Assembly: GCA_946965045.2 (NCBI GenBank)
Contig: OX337233.1
Coordinates: 248,001 to 312,000 of the forward strand
DNA: 64,000 nucleotides
Direction of reading: 5' to 3'
DNA from: Epithemia pelagica
Taxonomy: Eukaryota > Protista > Bacillariophyta
The position numbers were made by a program, and so were the translations under genes. This document shows, piece by piece, positions 25,402-37,525 of this stretch. Position 1 is the stretch's first letter, and each line of letters opens with the position of its first letter. The notes below the pieces were generated by a model, which saw only the letters and a program-made list of their open reading frames with translations, searched no databases and was not told where the DNA came from.

Positions 25402-26484
25402 TCAGTTCGATTGGTGCTCACAGAGTCGACGAAAGCACCATGTATTCTTGTCGATTAGTGGTAATGTCGCACAGGTAGGATTGTACACACCACCAATCAC
25501 GGCAACTTGATTGGCAACAGTCACCATATTGCAGCCAGCACGGTGATTTCCGAATGGTGGAAGATTCCACACGCGGTTGAAGTGCGTATCCAAGACTTCC
25601 ACCGTTGAATTGCCCCATCCTCCCGCCACCACCAGACAAGAACCCATGGCAACCACTGCACGAGTAGTTCGTGCATTGGAAAGGACCAGATCAGAGAGAG
25701 TCATCCAAGGGGACGAGAAAGAACTCAATGTCAAGCCAGTCTGCTTCTTTGTCTCTTCATTGTCACCAGGCTTTGAAAATCCCAAATACTCCACCAAGCG
25801 TCCTCTGTAGCCTCCAACGGAGAAGATGCGGTTACCAATGACCACACTAGCACAATATGATCGAGGAATATTCATGCTTGGTCCCGCAGTGACAGTGTGG
25901 TGCCTGGTATCAATAATATCCACCGACGGCAACGTTCGACTACCGTCATAACCACCAATTACAACGATGTATCGGTTGTGAACCGCAACAGCACAACATC
26001 CAAATCGATGCGTTGATAAGCGACAATTCAATGTCGTCCAGTGGCTCTTCTTTGAACTGCTTGATGTCGAAGATGATTGCAGCAAATCATTGGCATCAAT
26101 GCGTTCCATGCAATCGAACATTGAATTGTCAGCATATCCTCCCATCACGTAGACGGCTCTGTTGCACACAACAGCGGCATGTCCTCGACGACTCTTGTTC
26201 ATGGGTGGCCCTTCTCGCCACTGTTTGTTTGGGTTTGCCAAGTTCAATACAAGAACGGAATTGGTGACATATTCGCCTTGTTGACGCCCTCCCATCACGA
26301 CGACCGTTTGTCTCTTCGGCTTGTTGTCGTTGCCGTCCGTATCGGGATGATCTAGTACAACCGTAGCATGACGATAACGCCATCCACCCATAAGAGGAGG
26401 CCAGTCGTTTTCATTCCATTCTGCTGTCTCGTCTGAAAGGACAAGGCCCGACTGCCAGGCTTCTTCTTTCAATGTCGTGGGCAT
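25402..26484 (-). CDS. Kelch-repeat protein, copy K5 (360 aa), sister of K3
   Basis: Intact ORF from the conserved MPTTLKEEAW; six Kelch repeats. Confidence 0.95.
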   Translation of the reverse strand: MPTTLKEEAWQSGLVLSDETAEWNENDWPPLMGGWRYRHATVVLDHPDTDGNDNKPKRQTVVVMGGRQQGEYVTNSVLVLNLANPNKQWREGPPMNKSRRGHAAVVCNRAVYVMGGYADNSMFDCMERIDANDLLQSSSTSSSSKKSHWTTLNCRLSTHRFGCCAVAVHNRYIVVIGGYDGSRTLPSVDIIDTRHHTVTAGPSMNIPRSYCASVVIGNRIFSVGGYRGRLVEYLGFSKPGDNEETKKQTGLTLSSFSSPWMTLSDLVLSNARTTRAVVAMGSCLVVAGGWGNSTVEVLDTHFNRVWNLPPFGNHRAGCNMVTVANQVAVIGGVYNPTCATLPLIDKNTWCFRRLCEHQSN

Positions 26485-28844
26485 GCTTCGAAACGATTTG
26501 ACTGCAGAATTTATGTGTAGTGCGTTTGCGGCTGTTGCGAGTCTGATTTGTATGGATGGAAGCACGACGAGGACTCGCTTAGAGTACACGTGGAAGCTTT
26601 GGACCCACAAAAAGCGTCTGTCGCATGTACGATATCGCACATAGACTTCATGACACGACCACAGCAAGCAGAGCGTATCTTTCCCCACAAAAGATGCGCG
26701 AATCCACAGATCTGTTCCCAAAACCAAACGATGGACAACATCCACAAAAGAACAAACCGTCGACACATTCTCATGTCAAAACGACCCACAGCCTTTTATA
26801 GAGCCAAACCAGATGAGGAACCCAGCTAAGAGAAACCAGCCTTCGGAATGAACAAGGCCAATTGTGGACGGGTGCATCTGCGGATGGGTCAGGAATGTAA
26901 GAACCGCAAGAGATGAACACACGCACGAGAGAGACCCTTTCTCAGGCAGCTTGGCTCAGGAATGTACAGGATTGAAACAAGCCTCGAGTTTGGTCAACGG
27001 TCACTCAGCTGTGGTAGAACAACGAGTGGTGATGTTGCTTCCACGAATAACGTCACACGAACAACCACACAAACAAGACACCTCCCCACAACGACCACCA
27101 CCAGTCAAGCTTTTCCCTGGCTTCATCAAGCAACCATGATGACTAGCATGATGACGACGACTGCAGCCCTGCCTCAAGACAATAGCAGCAGGACCTTGAA
27201 GAGACAATGACAAAGTCTCATCGTCCCAAACCACAACAATGGACAAACACCCACGCCACTCTGACACTTGCAAGTGGCACTGTTGCGCCGAACCAACGAC
27301 TTCCACCACCACTTTATTCGACATGGAACCATGTTCCTCTTCCGCCTTGCAGCAACATGACCCCAACTTCTAGTTGGTACCAGACGATGTGTCCTTCACC
27401 ATCAATGGTGTGTCTTCGGCCACCGAGCAACCAAAGCATACAAGAAGGAAATCATAGTACCACGATCACAAGTGGTTCGCGATTGGGAGGCAATATCAAA
27501 CAACTCAGAACTATCGTGTCGCATAAGAAAACCGTGTGGTCCAACAGTCCTGAGCTTTCGTGGCGACTGTGTGTCCTTAAGCGTTGTCGACCTCGGTAGA
27601 CGCCTTTTGGAAATAGCCGATTCACTCACCTCACAAGAATCAATGCTATCCATATTCGAAGCGCACGTAGAGAGAGAAAGGATGCATCCTAGAAGCTACC
27701 AGCCAAACTGTCCAATACTCTCAAGCGCATCTTGTCGTTTGGTATACCGAGGTGGCCAAAACAATGCTGAAACTGTTGACTTCAACCAGTGATAATGCAA
27801 TAGTGACCTCTCAAGCTACCCTTGCTCGTTGGACGGGCGTGACCTTGGTTCTTCTGTGTCGGTATCTTTTTCAACCATTGATCATCTTCCAAGACGACGC
27901 TGCACGTTTGGATGCATATCGTGTTCGCCGCTTCCACACGCTCTTGTGCGAATATGGAAAGGATTCGATAAGTCCCATCTACAACTTAATGCCAGCAGCG
28001 ACTTCCAAACACTGGAGAATATGCTATATAGTCGCCACACATTGTGGCACGATTGAATGCCTCAACTAAAGACCTTGCGCGGCACTCGGGAATTGGGATG
28101 CTACGTCGTCGCTCTCTTTACCCGCCCAGAAGAAGCAAGATGGACAATATCTCACATTGGGTAGTCGAATTGGTCCGGTTCCACCGCTCGTTTTTGGGTT
28201 CTGACTGACAATCATCACCAAACCGTTTCAGTTTGCCGTGCTCAAGGTTGCTGACCTGACATCCGATTTGGCCATGGTGCAGATGTCCGATTCTTGGTTG
28301 GTGTTGAATTCTACTCGCTCGGGGACATAGTGGTTGTTGAGGCAGTCCCACACCAAAGGCATGAATTTTCTTTCAGTGAGGTCGGAGCGGTCATTCAATA
28401 GTAACCTATCAATCTCCCCTTGCTCGTTGGACGGGCGTGACCTTGGTTTTTCTTTGACGGTATCTCTTTCAACCATTGATCGTCTTCCAAGACGACGCTG
28501 CGCGTTTGGATGCCTATCGTGTTTGTCGGCTCCACACGATCTTGTGCCAGCAGCGACTTTTAAACCCTGGTGCCGTATATTCGCCGCGAAATATGGCACG
28601 ATGGAATGCCATTGAAGACCTTGCGGCACTCGAAAATTGGGATGCTACGCCGCTCTCTTTACCGCCCAGAAGCAAGATGGACACTATCTCACATTGGGTA
28701 CAGGTCGAATTGGTATGGTTCCACCGCGCGTTTTTGTGTTCTGATGGACAATCATGACCCAACCGTTTGAGTTTGCCGTGTTCCAGGTAAATCGTCTCGC
28801 TTACGTGACGTGCACATGTCCGATTCATGGTTGGTGTTGTAATT

Positions 28845-29218
28845 CTACATCTGCTCCGCGGAGTGGGGAGGCACAAGGAGGGGCTATTGACTCCGAGAAG
28901 GGCAATAGCTTCGAGAAGTGGACCGCCTTCTAAATCCGCGTCAGCGGATTTGGCGGTCCACGACGAGGAGCTATTGCCTGCCGAGGAGTCAATAGCCCCG
29001 ACAAGTGCCCCCACGACCAGGAGGGGATGTCGCTTGCTTCTATAAACTCCGAGTCCCCCCCTAATTAACTGTCACACTTTTTCCCAGGACTGTTTTTTTT
29101 TGCTCCGCACTAGCTTTTTTAGCTCCGCACTTGCTCGCGTATGAGAGCGCGGCCGTCGTGGGCAATATGAGGCCATATTAGACGAAAATCCTACTTCCAT
29201 TCCGAGGAGCTATAGTAG
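28845..29218 (+). mobile_element. 374-bp non-autonomous insertion E1 with CTAC...GTAG ends, imperfect 18-bp TIR and AATT target duplication
   Basis: Interrupts a spacer module whose empty form is seen at ~28300 and ~19170 (GGTGTTGAATTC[C/T]AC). Left end CTACATCTGCTCCGCGGA versus reverse complement of the right end CTACTATAGCTCCTCGGA (13/18). AATT lies on both sides (28841-28844, 29219-29222). Confidence 0.75.
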
Positions 29219-29842
29219 AATTCCACTCGTTCGGCGACATAGTGGTTGTTCAGGCAGTCCCACACTACAAGCTTTCCCAGACTTTTGCTTACCCACAACC
29301 CTTTTTGTCATTGACGTCCGAACCATGGACCCCTGTTCCGACCACAACTTTCTCAAGGCAAGAAAACAATCAACCGTAGCCAGAGCAAATGCACACCGTC
29401 ATTGATGCTTGGTTAGATCAAGGTAGCTCCAATAGCGCGTCTCGGTCAGTCTCCACAGTCACAAGAGTGTCTCCCTGTTATGTGGACAAGGAGACTAGCC
29501 TATGCATTCCGAGGATGGAAACTGGTGGTGCGAGGGAGTATAAGTTGCCACGGAGAAATACTTCAGGGACTGCCAAAGTACTCAACAATACGACAGTAGC
29601 ACTCAACACAGAGCAAAACTCTGCATAATCCATGACATTGTTTTGTCGTTTCGGAACAGTCTCGTTCTCCCGGACACGTCGTATGACATGATTGATGATT
29701 TCATTTGTACAATAAAGATTCACATGAGAACTCCGCAGGCAGCGGACACTACGAAAACTGTTTGAGATCAACATGTTTGAGATCAAAATGATTATTAGAT
29801 AGCTTCACCATTCTAGGACATTAAAGCAACGTGATGCCCACT

Positions 29843-31009
29843 TCAAGTTTCATCCGTCCCTTCATCACCACGGCGTGTATCATGCCTTGTTAGTGAAATA
29901 TGAACATGTCGGATATCTATTCTTTCCCGGAACTGATACCATCCGTTGGGCTGCTGTTCACAGAGTTGTCGAAAACACCACGAATTCTTGTCCAGTAGTG
30001 GTAATGTCGCACAGGTAGAATTGAATCCACCACCAATCACGGCAACTTGATTGGCAACAGTCACCAAAGTGCAGTCAATGCGGTTATTTCCGAGTGGTGG
30101 GAGATTCCAAACGCGGTTGCGGTGCGTATCCAACACCTCCACAGTTTGACGGCTTCCTCCGGCCACAATAAGACAAGATCCCACGGCAACCATTGCACAC
30201 GAATAAGCTCGAGGGTTGGGAAGCACCAATTCAGGGTGAGTGGTCCAAGCGGACGAGAAGGAAATGACTGTAGCCAAAGTTTCGTCCATTGCATCATCCA
30301 AATACTCCACCGAATCAAGTACATTGTCATCGTTTCGGCCTCCAACAACAAAGATGCGGTGACCCACGACCGCACTGGCACACCATGCTCGTGGAGCAGT
30401 CATAGATGGTCCGGAAATGAGAGTGTGGTTGGTGGTATCTAGAATATCCACCGACGCCAAGGTCTGTCTCCAGTAGCGTCCACCCATGACAACAATATAT
30501 CGGTTGTGCACCGCAACAGTACAACATCCATATCGTCCCGTTGATAATCGACATGTCAATGTCGTCCAATGACGTTCATGTGTGGTGCTGGTTGTCAAAG
30601 ATGATTGCAGCAAATCATTGGCATCAATTTTTTCGATGCAATTCAAAATTCTTTCATTGTTGTATCCTCCCATCACGTAGACCCCTCCATTGCACGCAAG
30701 AGCAGCATGTCCATTACGTGCCTTGTTCATGGATGGCCCTTCTCGCCACTGCTTGACTGGATCTGCCAGATTTAATAACAGAACGGAATCCATGGTACCT
30801 TGGTCTTGTTGATATCCGCCCAGCACGACTACAGTTTGTCCGTTGTTCTTGTTATTGTCGTCTTCATCGGGGTGATCAAGTACGACCGTAGCATGTTCGT
30901 CACGCCATCCACCCTCAAGAGGAGGCCAGTCCTCGAAATTCCATTCAGGTGTCTCGTCTAACTGGACAAGGCCCGACTGCCAGGCTTGTTCTTTCAGTGT
31001 CATGTTCAT
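29843..31009 (-). CDS. Kelch-repeat protein, copy K6 (388 aa)
   Basis: MNMTLKEQAWQSGL start, six Kelch repeats, intact. Confidence 0.95.
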   Translation of the reverse strand: MNMTLKEQAWQSGLVQLDETPEWNFEDWPPLEGGWRDEHATVVLDHPDEDDNNKNNGQTVVVLGGYQQDQGTMDSVLLLNLADPVKQWREGPSMNKARNGHAALACNGGVYVMGGYNNERILNCIEKIDANDLLQSSLTTSTTHERHWTTLTCRLSTGRYGCCTVAVHNRYIVVMGGRYWRQTLASVDILDTTNHTLISGPSMTAPRAWCASAVVGHRIFVVGGRNDDNVLDSVEYLDDAMDETLATVISFSSAWTTHPELVLPNPRAYSCAMVAVGSCLIVAGGSRQTVEVLDTHRNRVWNLPPLGNNRIDCTLVTVANQVAVIGGGFNSTCATLPLLDKNSWCFRQLCEQQPNGWYQFRERIDIRHVHISLTRHDTRRGDEGTDET

Positions 31010-34000
31010 GGTTCCAAACGTTGACTGTAGAATCTATGAGGTCTTGTAAGAGGTTCGTGCGTTTGCTAAGCTCCTGTGATTTTGATGGGTGCGGACTGGA
31101 AGCACGACTGATTTCACGAAATGGATAGACCAAAGATGGGTCGCTTTCGTCACGAGACAAATCGTGACCGTAGCCACACAATGAAGAAGACCACGCATCC
31201 CTCTTGGGAGTATCGTGGAAAAGTTTTTGGATACCGAAATAAACCTCATGGCAAGACACAGAACCACTGGTATGCATAGCTCCTCTCTATTTCTCTGTCT
31301 CCTTGTGTTGCATCCATAGGTTTTTCGTGCGACGAGACTCTCTCTCTCTGGTTGGTTGTGGCGTGTGGCAGCCTTATTGCTGCCGGTAGCCAAACCAGAG
31401 AAGAACGCTGATGACTGCAGGATCTCTTTGCAAATTCTACTTTTTGAGCCTTTCCTTTTGATAACCAAAACTACACGTCTTCTAGAGGGATGGCGAAGTG
31501 GATTACACGAGACAAGAATTTCAATCATGACAGAACACTTTTCCTCGGCCTGTAAACCAAAAGAGGATACCCCTCCCTCATGATTGTTACGCTTGGTCGA
31601 TTCAGAGTAACAAACAATGACTCGGCCATTTCGCACAGGCCACGTCTGCGCCTTGAGCGGACTCTTTCGAGGCTCTTCTGTCGCAAAAGGAAGACACTGA
31701 TCTTGAGATTTCTCTCCAGTTGCCGAGAAAATATGATCGACTGTAACTCCCATGACTATGACTGCAATGATTGTTGTGCTTGCCGCCATTCCTTTTTGCC
31801 CGAGCTTTGCCAAACGCCCTTGGGAATTAGTATACCGATAGTGCAGGTGGCTCCTCCATCATCCTCTCGACTCGAAGAATAATGGCACGATACTCTCATT
31901 GCCGGAAGGAACCATGGCTTGTTGCCATTCCCAAACAAACACACTGTATTGGTGGGTCCCACACACAAAAGTGGCGATTTTGGCGTTGTGAAGCCAGTGG
32001 CGTCTTTGTGACGACCACCACGAACCTTTGGAGTAGTACTCTTTTGGAATAACAAGAAAGGTGTCAAAAAGAACAATCAAGTTGCTGGCCTTGAAGCATG
32101 AAAGGAAAATGCCTGAAACAGCAATGAAGGTTCCGTTGTGGTTGTGGCTCCTGTTGCCACTTGCCTTTTGCCATGGGTGATGGAGTGCATTGTCGTCATG
32201 ATCTGTTTGACATTGACAGCATCCGTCACAACAATGCCAAGCAAGAAAGGCTCCACAGCTTTGTTGCGTTTCAACCGGTACGAAGTGGTGGGCAGAGAAG
32301 CTCGCGGTGGGTCCGTCGATGACAGTGTCAGCACCTTGTTGGTGGCAAATAACGACGACAGTGCACTGGACATGGATGATCGAGACATGAGTATTGTTGC
32401 GCCACTGGGAGTGTGTGGTTGGCCTGTAATGGATACATTTCATAACAAAGGGAGTTTCTTGATTCACCCTGCTTGGATTCGACAGTCAGAAGCGTCCCTG
32501 ACGAGAGCAATTGGTGGGATGGTGGCACTTGTGGTGTGGTTCTATTGCAGGCGGCCATTGCTGTTGGAACGACATTCTATATTATATGCTGGAGTCTGTT
32601 GCGTTGGTGGTGATGGGTTGCGATTTGCAGGACCATGCGAGGAGCGGAGTGAATCAACACAATAGGTTCGTCTCGTCCACATTCACATGGTGATTCGTCG
32701 TCATATCAGTCGATCTGTTGTTCTCCACGCCACGAAACATTCCTCTAGCGTTTCTGATAGCTTTTACTGTCCTAAGGATTGTAAGTACAGGCTTTTTGGA
32801 TGTACAAAAACCCACCGCGGGGGTGAGTCATGAGGATTAGTGAATGAGTAGTCTGAAGTGTGAACATCAAAAGCACGACACAAATGCGACCCCACTCCTC
32901 ACCCCCGTTGCCGCTGGGGACTATTATCGACGATGATGACGGCGATGATGAGGACGACGACGACTTGACCTTATCAATCAATTTTACCAACATGTCTCTT
33001 CAAGAAGCGATGATTGAGGACAACAACCATGAAGTGGCCTCCTTCAATCCGTGACAATTGAATGGCGAGGCCCAGGATCAGTCCCAACATGAAAGGACGA
33101 ATGGTGGTGGAGCATGAGAGTTTGCATGGACCGGCAAGTTCGAATGCGAATCTCTCCAATCTACTGAGAGCAAAGATCCGCCAAAAGATGCGAAAACTCT
33201 CGATGGGGAGTCACTCTTGCCAATGATACCCTATGGCCTATGGTGGATGGTGGCTGCTCCGTGCCATTGCCGTTCTGAATTCTTGAGCCGTGGCACTGGC
33301 AATATGGATGGGCACCTCAATTTGGGCTCGTAACCTGGCGGACCAGTGCAAGACGTTTCTCACGAGTCATAGACAAGCCATACAATTGTTGTCTCATCGG
33401 TTACGTCATATAATCCGTGCTGCATCGGTTGCTTCGCGAAGCGATGGAACCTTTCTTGTCGGAATGGCGAGTTGGTGTATACCGGCCGATCGACATGCTG
33501 TACCAACCTTACCTTGCTTCAACTGCAACAACGGATGTTGACGATGGCCAAGCAGGCCGCAGACGAGGCCTCGACTCATTCTCTCATTGGGAAACGACAA
33601 ATCTCTCTTTTCTCAATGTTGTCCGCATCTTTGCCCATGGCTCGTCCTCTGTCGAATCGTCTTCAATCCAATGATTGACGATGAGTCATCATCGACTGCT
33701 TGAAATGTCACTTGGATGGTTAGACAACAAATGTTTGTCCTCCCGTCGGTACCAGTGCAAGGCATCTCTGTGGAACGTCGTCGTGCATCGTCTCCGTTTT
33801 TCCATTATTGCTGGCATGTGCAATCCTTGGTAGACACGTAATATCCAAGAACCTTCACCAAATGCCAAGTAGTCAGTATCGGGTTCGATTGCTCAAGTTT
33901 GCGAAGGTCACTATTGGTACTTGGGATTGATTCCAAAAGATTTGAAACAAGAATTTAAGGAACATGAAGTGGAGAGGGTGGGTCGTTTCGATCCCCATAC

Positions 34001-34539
34001 CGTGATTGAAGGGGTGTGCGAAGATTGTCCTGTGATTGCTCTTGACTTTATAGTCGGACACATGGCAAATCCCAACGTCCTTTTACAGTCCAGGCAAATA
34101 CGGGGATAATCGTCGCTCCGTCAGAGAATAGAACAAATTTTATTCTTACAGTCAGAGTGATAAGTTTGTGACTCTTATCGAAGTTTGGAGTCCAGCCAAA
34201 AGAAGCGACCGCTTCATGTGCATAATCCCTAGGGGCTGGCAAAACAAGGGCCACGACGACAGAAACACTCAACACAAAGCAAAGCTCTCGATAATCCATG
34301 GCTTTCGTCGTTTCGAGAAATCACGTTCCCTGCCGTACGCTGTGTCACACAATCTCATTTCTACTACACCGATGGTACATGAATATCTCAATAGTTTGCA
34401 ATGCCATGCAAACACTAGAGCAATAGTTTCAGAACAAAAAGATTACACTATATAATGTATCCCCTTTTGCAGGACATCAATGCAATATGTTGCCCATTTC
34501 AAGTTTCATCCTTGCCTTTTAGTACATACTGGTCATTGT

Positions 34540-35685
34540 TCATTCAGATTTTGATGTCGAGGTGGAGAAGGACGAAATGTCCATTCCTTCCCGAAAAAGA
34601 TGCCACCCGCTAAGTTGCTGTTCACAGAGACGGCGAAAACACCACGAATTCCGATCCATTAGTGGTAATGTTGCACATGAAGGATTCCGACGTCCACCAA
34701 TCACGGCAAGTTGATTGGCAACAGTCACCATAGAGCAGCCATGAAGGTGATTTCCGAATGGTGGGAGATTCCAAACGCGGTTGCGGTGCGTATCCAAGAT
34801 TTCCACGGTTCGAATGTTTTGTCCTCCTGCCACGACGAGACAAGATCCCACGGCAACCATTGCACAGGAACCTCGTGCATTGGAAAGCCTCAACGCCGAA
34901 TGAGTGATCCAAGTGGACGAGGAAGATATGAAAGTCGAACCAGTTTCCTTTTTTGTCTCATCACTGTCACAGGGTGTTGTATAGTCCAAATACTCCACCG
35001 CGTCAAGATTGCCACGCTCGTTCCAACCTCCAACGACAAAGATGCGATGACCAATAACCGCACTGGCACAATATTGTCGTGGAACAGTCATGGACGGTCC
35101 AGCAGTGATAATGTGATTCCTGGTATCAAGAATGTCCACCGACGACAAATAACCATCGTTGTAGCCACCGTTGTAGCCACCCATTAAAACGATATACCGG
35201 CTGTGCACCGCAACCGCACAACATCCTCTTCGTTGCGTTGATAAGCGACATGTCAATGTCATCCATTGGATCTCGTGTGTGCTGCTGGTTGTGAAGGATG
35301 AATGCAGCAAATAATTGGCATCAATTCGTTCGATACAATTCAAACATGAACCTTCAGAGTATCCTCCCATCACGTAGACGCCGCCATTGCACACAACAGC
35401 GGCATGATGCCCACGTTTCTTGTCCATGGACGGCCCTTCTCGCCACTGCTTGTTTGATTCTGCCAAGTTTAATACATGAATGGAATCGAGCTCGCCTTGA
35501 CGTGGTCGATATCCACCCAACACGACGACGGTTTGTTCTTGGTTGTTATCGGGATGATTCAGTACGACCGATGTATGAAACCAACGCCATCCACCCTCGA
35601 GAGGAGGCCAATCGTTTTCATTCCATTCTGCTGTGTCGTCCGATAAGACAAGGCCCGACTGCCATGCTTGTTCTTTCAATGTCAT
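34540..35685 (-). CDS. Kelch-repeat protein, copy K7 (381 aa from MTLKEQAW)
   Basis: Six Kelch repeats, intact; start set at the family-conserved ATG. Confidence 0.95.
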   Translation of the reverse strand: MTLKEQAWQSGLVLSDDTAEWNENDWPPLEGGWRWFHTSVVLNHPDNNQEQTVVVLGGYRPRQGELDSIHVLNLAESNKQWREGPSMDKKRGHHAAVVCNGGVYVMGGYSEGSCLNCIERIDANYLLHSSFTTSSTHEIQWMTLTCRLSTQRRGCCAVAVHSRYIVLMGGYNGGYNDGYLSSVDILDTRNHIITAGPSMTVPRQYCASAVIGHRIFVVGGWNERGNLDAVEYLDYTTPCDSDETKKETGSTFISSSSTWITHSALRLSNARGSCAMVAVGSCLVVAGGQNIRTVEILDTHRNRVWNLPPFGNHLHGCSMVTVANQLAVIGGRRNPSCATLPLMDRNSWCFRRLCEQQLSGWHLFREGMDISSFSTSTSKSE

Positions 35686-36071
35686 GGGCCTGCTTCCAAA
35701 CGTTTTGACTGCAGAATTTATGTGGATCACAGAAGAGTGCTTTTGCGGCTGTTGTGAGTTGTTTTGGTAATATATGGAATATGGATCGATGGATGGAAGC
35801 GAGAGGACTCTTACAGTAGAATACACGTGGAAGCTTTGGAGCCCAGAGAGCGTCTGTCGTACGTACGATATCGCACATAGACTTCATGACAGGACCACAG
35901 CAAGCACAGCGTATCTTTCCCCAAAAGATGCGCGTCTGTTCCCAAAACCAAACGATGGACAACATCCACAAGAACAAGGCGTCGAAGTATCCTCATGTCT
36001 TTCGTTGACTAGCATAAGGAATTTGGGCAAAAGACATTGTTCCATCCGAAAGCCATGTTACATGTTACATC

Positions 36072-37132
36072 AAAACGACCGACAGCCTTTTATAGAGCCA
36101 AACCAGATGAGGACCCCATTGTCACGACAATTAAGAGAAACCAGCCTTTGCAATGAACAAATCCAATTGTGGACGGTTGCATCTGCGGATGGGTCAGGAA
36201 TGTACAGGAGTGGAACAGGCCTCGAGTTTGGTCAACGGTCACTCAGCTGTGGCAGAACAACGAGTGGTGAGGTTGCTTTCACCAATAACCACACACCAAC
36301 AAGGCACCTCCCCTCCCTACAACGACCATCATGAGTCAAGCTCTTCCCTGGCTTCATCAAGCAACCATGATGACTAGCAGGATGATGACGACTGCGGCTC
36401 TGCCTCAAGACAATAGCAGCAGGACCTTGAAGAGACAATGACAAAGTCTCAACGTCCCACATTGCGGCACGATTGAATGCCACTCAAGACCTTGCGACAG
36501 TCGGGAATTGGGATGCTACGCCGCTCTCTTTATCGCCCAGAAGATGCAAGATGGCCAATATCTCACATTGCGTAGTCGAATTGGTCAGGTTCCACCGCGC
36601 GGTTTGGTGTTCTGACGGACAATCATCACTTAACCTTTGAGTTTGCCGTGTTCCAGGTAAAACGTCTCGCTGACCTGACGTCCGATTTGGCCGTGGTGCA
36701 CATGTCCGATTCTTGGTGGGTGTTGAATTCCACTTGCTCGGGGACATTCTGCTGGTTGATCAGGCAGTCCCACACACAAGGTTTCCCAGACTTTTACTTG
36801 CCCACAACCCTTTTTGCAATTGACGTCCCAACCATCGACCCCTGTTCCGACCACCACTTTCTCCTCACGGCAAGAAAACAATCAACCGTAGCTACAGCAA
36901 ACGCTCACCGTCATGGATGCTTGGTTAGATCAGTAAGCTCCGATAGCGCGCTTCTGTCTGTCTCCACAGTCACGAGAGTGTCTCCCTGTCATGTGAACAA
37001 GGAGACTATGCATTCCGAGGATGGAAACGGATGGTGCGAGGGAGTTTGACTTGTCACGGAGAAATACTTCAGGGACTGCCAAAGGACTCAAGAATATGAC
37101 ACTAGCACTCAACACAGAGCAAAACTCTGCAT
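36072..37132. repeat. Near-identical duplicate of 18516-19576
   Basis: Constant offset 17556; the homology ends where element E2 begins. Confidence 0.92.
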
Positions 37133-37138
37133 GAAACT

Positions 37139-37525
37139 CTACAAAGAATTGAAGATTACCTAGTGCCCTATCAAAAATTAGGCCTGCCTAATTGTGTAAC
37201 ACTAATTAGGCTCACGACTACTAAGTATCCATTCAGAGAACCGATCACTTAATATGATCGAAAATTACCTTGGGTGCGCTGGCACGACTCCTCGTGACAA
37301 AGGAAGCTAACATACTTTAATAGCCCTGAGGGACTCCTCATCGCAGGGCGCTCCTCGTGGCTTAACTCCTCGTCGGGCAATAGCTTCTCGTCGTGGACTG
37401 CCCCCTCGATCCGCTTACGCGGATCTCACAGGGGCAGTCCACTCCTCGTCGCTATTGCCCTTCTCGGAGCTGAGCCACTCCTCACACCCTAGCTCCTCCT
37501 CGTCCACCCTCAGCTATTAAAGTAG
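37139..37525 (-). mobile_element. ~387-bp element E2, a diverged relative of E1 in the opposite orientation (CTAC...GTAG ends)
   Basis: Its reverse complement shares CTCCGAGAAGGGCAATAGC and the nested hairpin with E1, at a similar distance from the CTAC end. It carries many CTCCTCGT-type motifs. The left boundary is less certain. Confidence 0.6.

Larger units (their letters stand above)
22740..27210. repeat. Segmental duplication, copy 2 (of 14235-18890)
   Basis: See copy 1. This copy lacks roughly 0.25 kb that copy 1 has at about 16515-16810. Confidence 0.9.
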
